Assembly: GCA_029210695.1 (NCBI GenBank)
Contig: JARGFH010000038.1
Coordinates: 1-36,648, forward strand
Reading direction: 5' to 3'
DNA from: Acidimicrobiia bacterium
GTDB lineage: Bacteria > Actinomycetota > Acidimicrobiia > Spongiisociales > JAHEDJ01
Length of the DNA stretch: 36,648 nucleotides
Below the pieces are notes generated by a model, which ran no database searches, had not been told where the DNA came from, and saw only the letters and a list, made by a program, of their open reading frames with translations. The first letter of the stretch is position 1, and every line of letters starts with the position of its first letter. This document shows positions 35,209 through 36,648 of this stretch, piece after piece. A program made the translations under genes and the position numbers.

Positions 35209-36575
35209 CTCGACCCCTTCGAGTGGGCATGTCTGCGCTCATCCGCACTACGGCCGAGCACGTCGCTCTGGTCCCCGGCTGTGAGCAAGCGTGAGTAGTA
35301 GCTAGAAGGATCGGCAGCCAGCACCTTCCGTGGGCCGAGCTCGGCGATCCGGCCGGCCTCGACGACCATGATCTCATCGGCCCGTTGCACGGTGTCCAGC
35401 CGGTGGGCGACGATTACGACGGTTCGGTCTCGAAACATCCGCTCGGTGGCGAGCGACAGCACCGACTCGGTGGCCGGATCGAGACGGGAGGATGGCTCGT
35501 CGAGGATGACCAGCCCCGGGTCCTGGAGAAACACCCTGGCGAAGGCGAGGAGTTGCGACTCTCCTGCCGAGAGTCCGGCGCCGGAGGCGCCCAGCAGTGT
35601 GTCGAGCCCGAGTGACCCGACCCATTCACCGAGTCCGGCGGCCTCGAGCGTTCCCAGGATGTCGGCGTCCGGCCGGGTGTGGTCGAAGAAGGTCAGGTTG
35701 TCGCGAACCGAAGCACGAAATAGCTGCACATCCTGCGTCACGACCCCCACCCGGGCTCGCAGCGACGTGGGCGCCACGGAGCGTATGTCGATCCCTCCGA
35801 TTGATACCGAACCCGCGGTCGGATCGTACAGACGAGAAATCAGTCGCGTAATAGTGGTCTTGCCGCCCCCGGTCCGGCCGAGGAGCCCGAGTACGCGTCC
35901 GGCTTCGAGTTCGAATGAGACCTCGTGCAACACCGACCGTTGGTCGTACGAGAAGGCGACATCATCAAAGGAGACCGAAAGCGGCCCTTCGGGCAGTTTG
36001 GTCGTCCCTGACTCGTCGATCCGGCTCGTCAAGCCGCGTAGTTCGTCGATTCGTATGATGCCGCCTGCCGCCTTCTGAAGTTCCTGAAACTCCTGTGCCA
36101 CTTGCTCGATTGGGGTTCTCACGAGTTGGGTGTACTGGACGATCAGGTAGGCGGTCCCGATGGTGATTTCCCCGCGCAGCACGAGCCACACTCCGACGGT
36201 GAGTGAAATAGCGTCTCCGGACCAGAAGGCGATGTTTGATGCCGTCCAGAAGATCGTCCGTTTCTTCCATGCCGCCGTCGTGCGAAAGAAGAAGTCACGC
36301 ATGACGCCGACGAATCGGAGCATGACGAACGGACCTGCCCCGTTGGCCCGGATGTCGTCGATTCCTGCCAGACGCTCCTCGATGAATCCGTACAACTGCG
36401 CTGAGGTTTCCCGCTCTTCCTCTGACGCTTTGACCGCCAACCGGCGCATCTTCAGGATCAACGTGAGGACGGCGGCGACGTATGCCGAGATGGCGAGTCC
36501 CATGCGCCAATCGGTGAACCATGACACCACCAGCACGCCGACCAGAAGGAGTCCACTGCCCAGCAGTCGCACTAA
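35205..36575 (-). pseudogene. ABC exporter TMD-NBD partner subunit, 5'-truncated or interrupted
   Basis: GRTGGGKT, LSAGE, ILDEP and AHRL motifs; homology begins mid-TMD (LVRLLGSGLLLVG), roughly 130 aa shorter than the adjacent paralog; upstream sequence switches abruptly in composition. Confidence 0.65.
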
Positions 36576-36648
36576 GCCTGGATCCACCGATTCGGTTGGC
36601 TGGTGGTGGTTTTGGGGGTTGAATCGGGGTCGGGTGGGCCGGATTGTG
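36576..36648. mobile_element. Probable terminal segment of an insertion sequence (IS1380-like end)
   Basis: Junction CTAA|GCCTGGATCCACCGA followed by strongly G/T-skewed sequence. It resembles CC(T)xGAT(T/C)C-type IS1380 ends as recalled, not searched. No transposase lies inside the window. Confidence 0.5.

Overview
GC-rich bacterial chromosomal segment, probably actinobacterial (possibly Acidimicrobiia; inferred from gene content and TAnnnT promoters). About 30 genes. Left to right: a TPR-like hypothetical; a BMP/nucleoside-type ABC importer (SBP, ATPase, 2 permeases); small hypotheticals; DUF2461; an orphan 2xGAF histidine kinase; sixA; msrA; an S41 protease; a methionine cluster (MetF-like, metZ, metH with a SAM-I riboswitch) containing an eRF1-like (baeRF) gene; TrmH; MOSC; a PQ-loop gene plus aminotransferase; an unannotated 444-aa protein with a Pol-beta nucleotidyltransferase signature ending 2 nt from an AfsR/SARP-STAND-TPR gene; an HSL-type esterase; two orphan Dpp-like permeases; an FKBP-RRM operon with a structured leader; and an ABC exporter pair whose upstream gene appears cut by an IS1380-like end at the window edge. 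Non-coding features include heptamer-built composite repeats (1-443, 1176-1205, 2651-2761) and three copies of a ~50-bp bulged palindrome just after stop codons. The best candidate for an undescribed system is the cryptic nucleotidyltransferase at 24677-26011. All family calls come from reading motifs; no database search was run.
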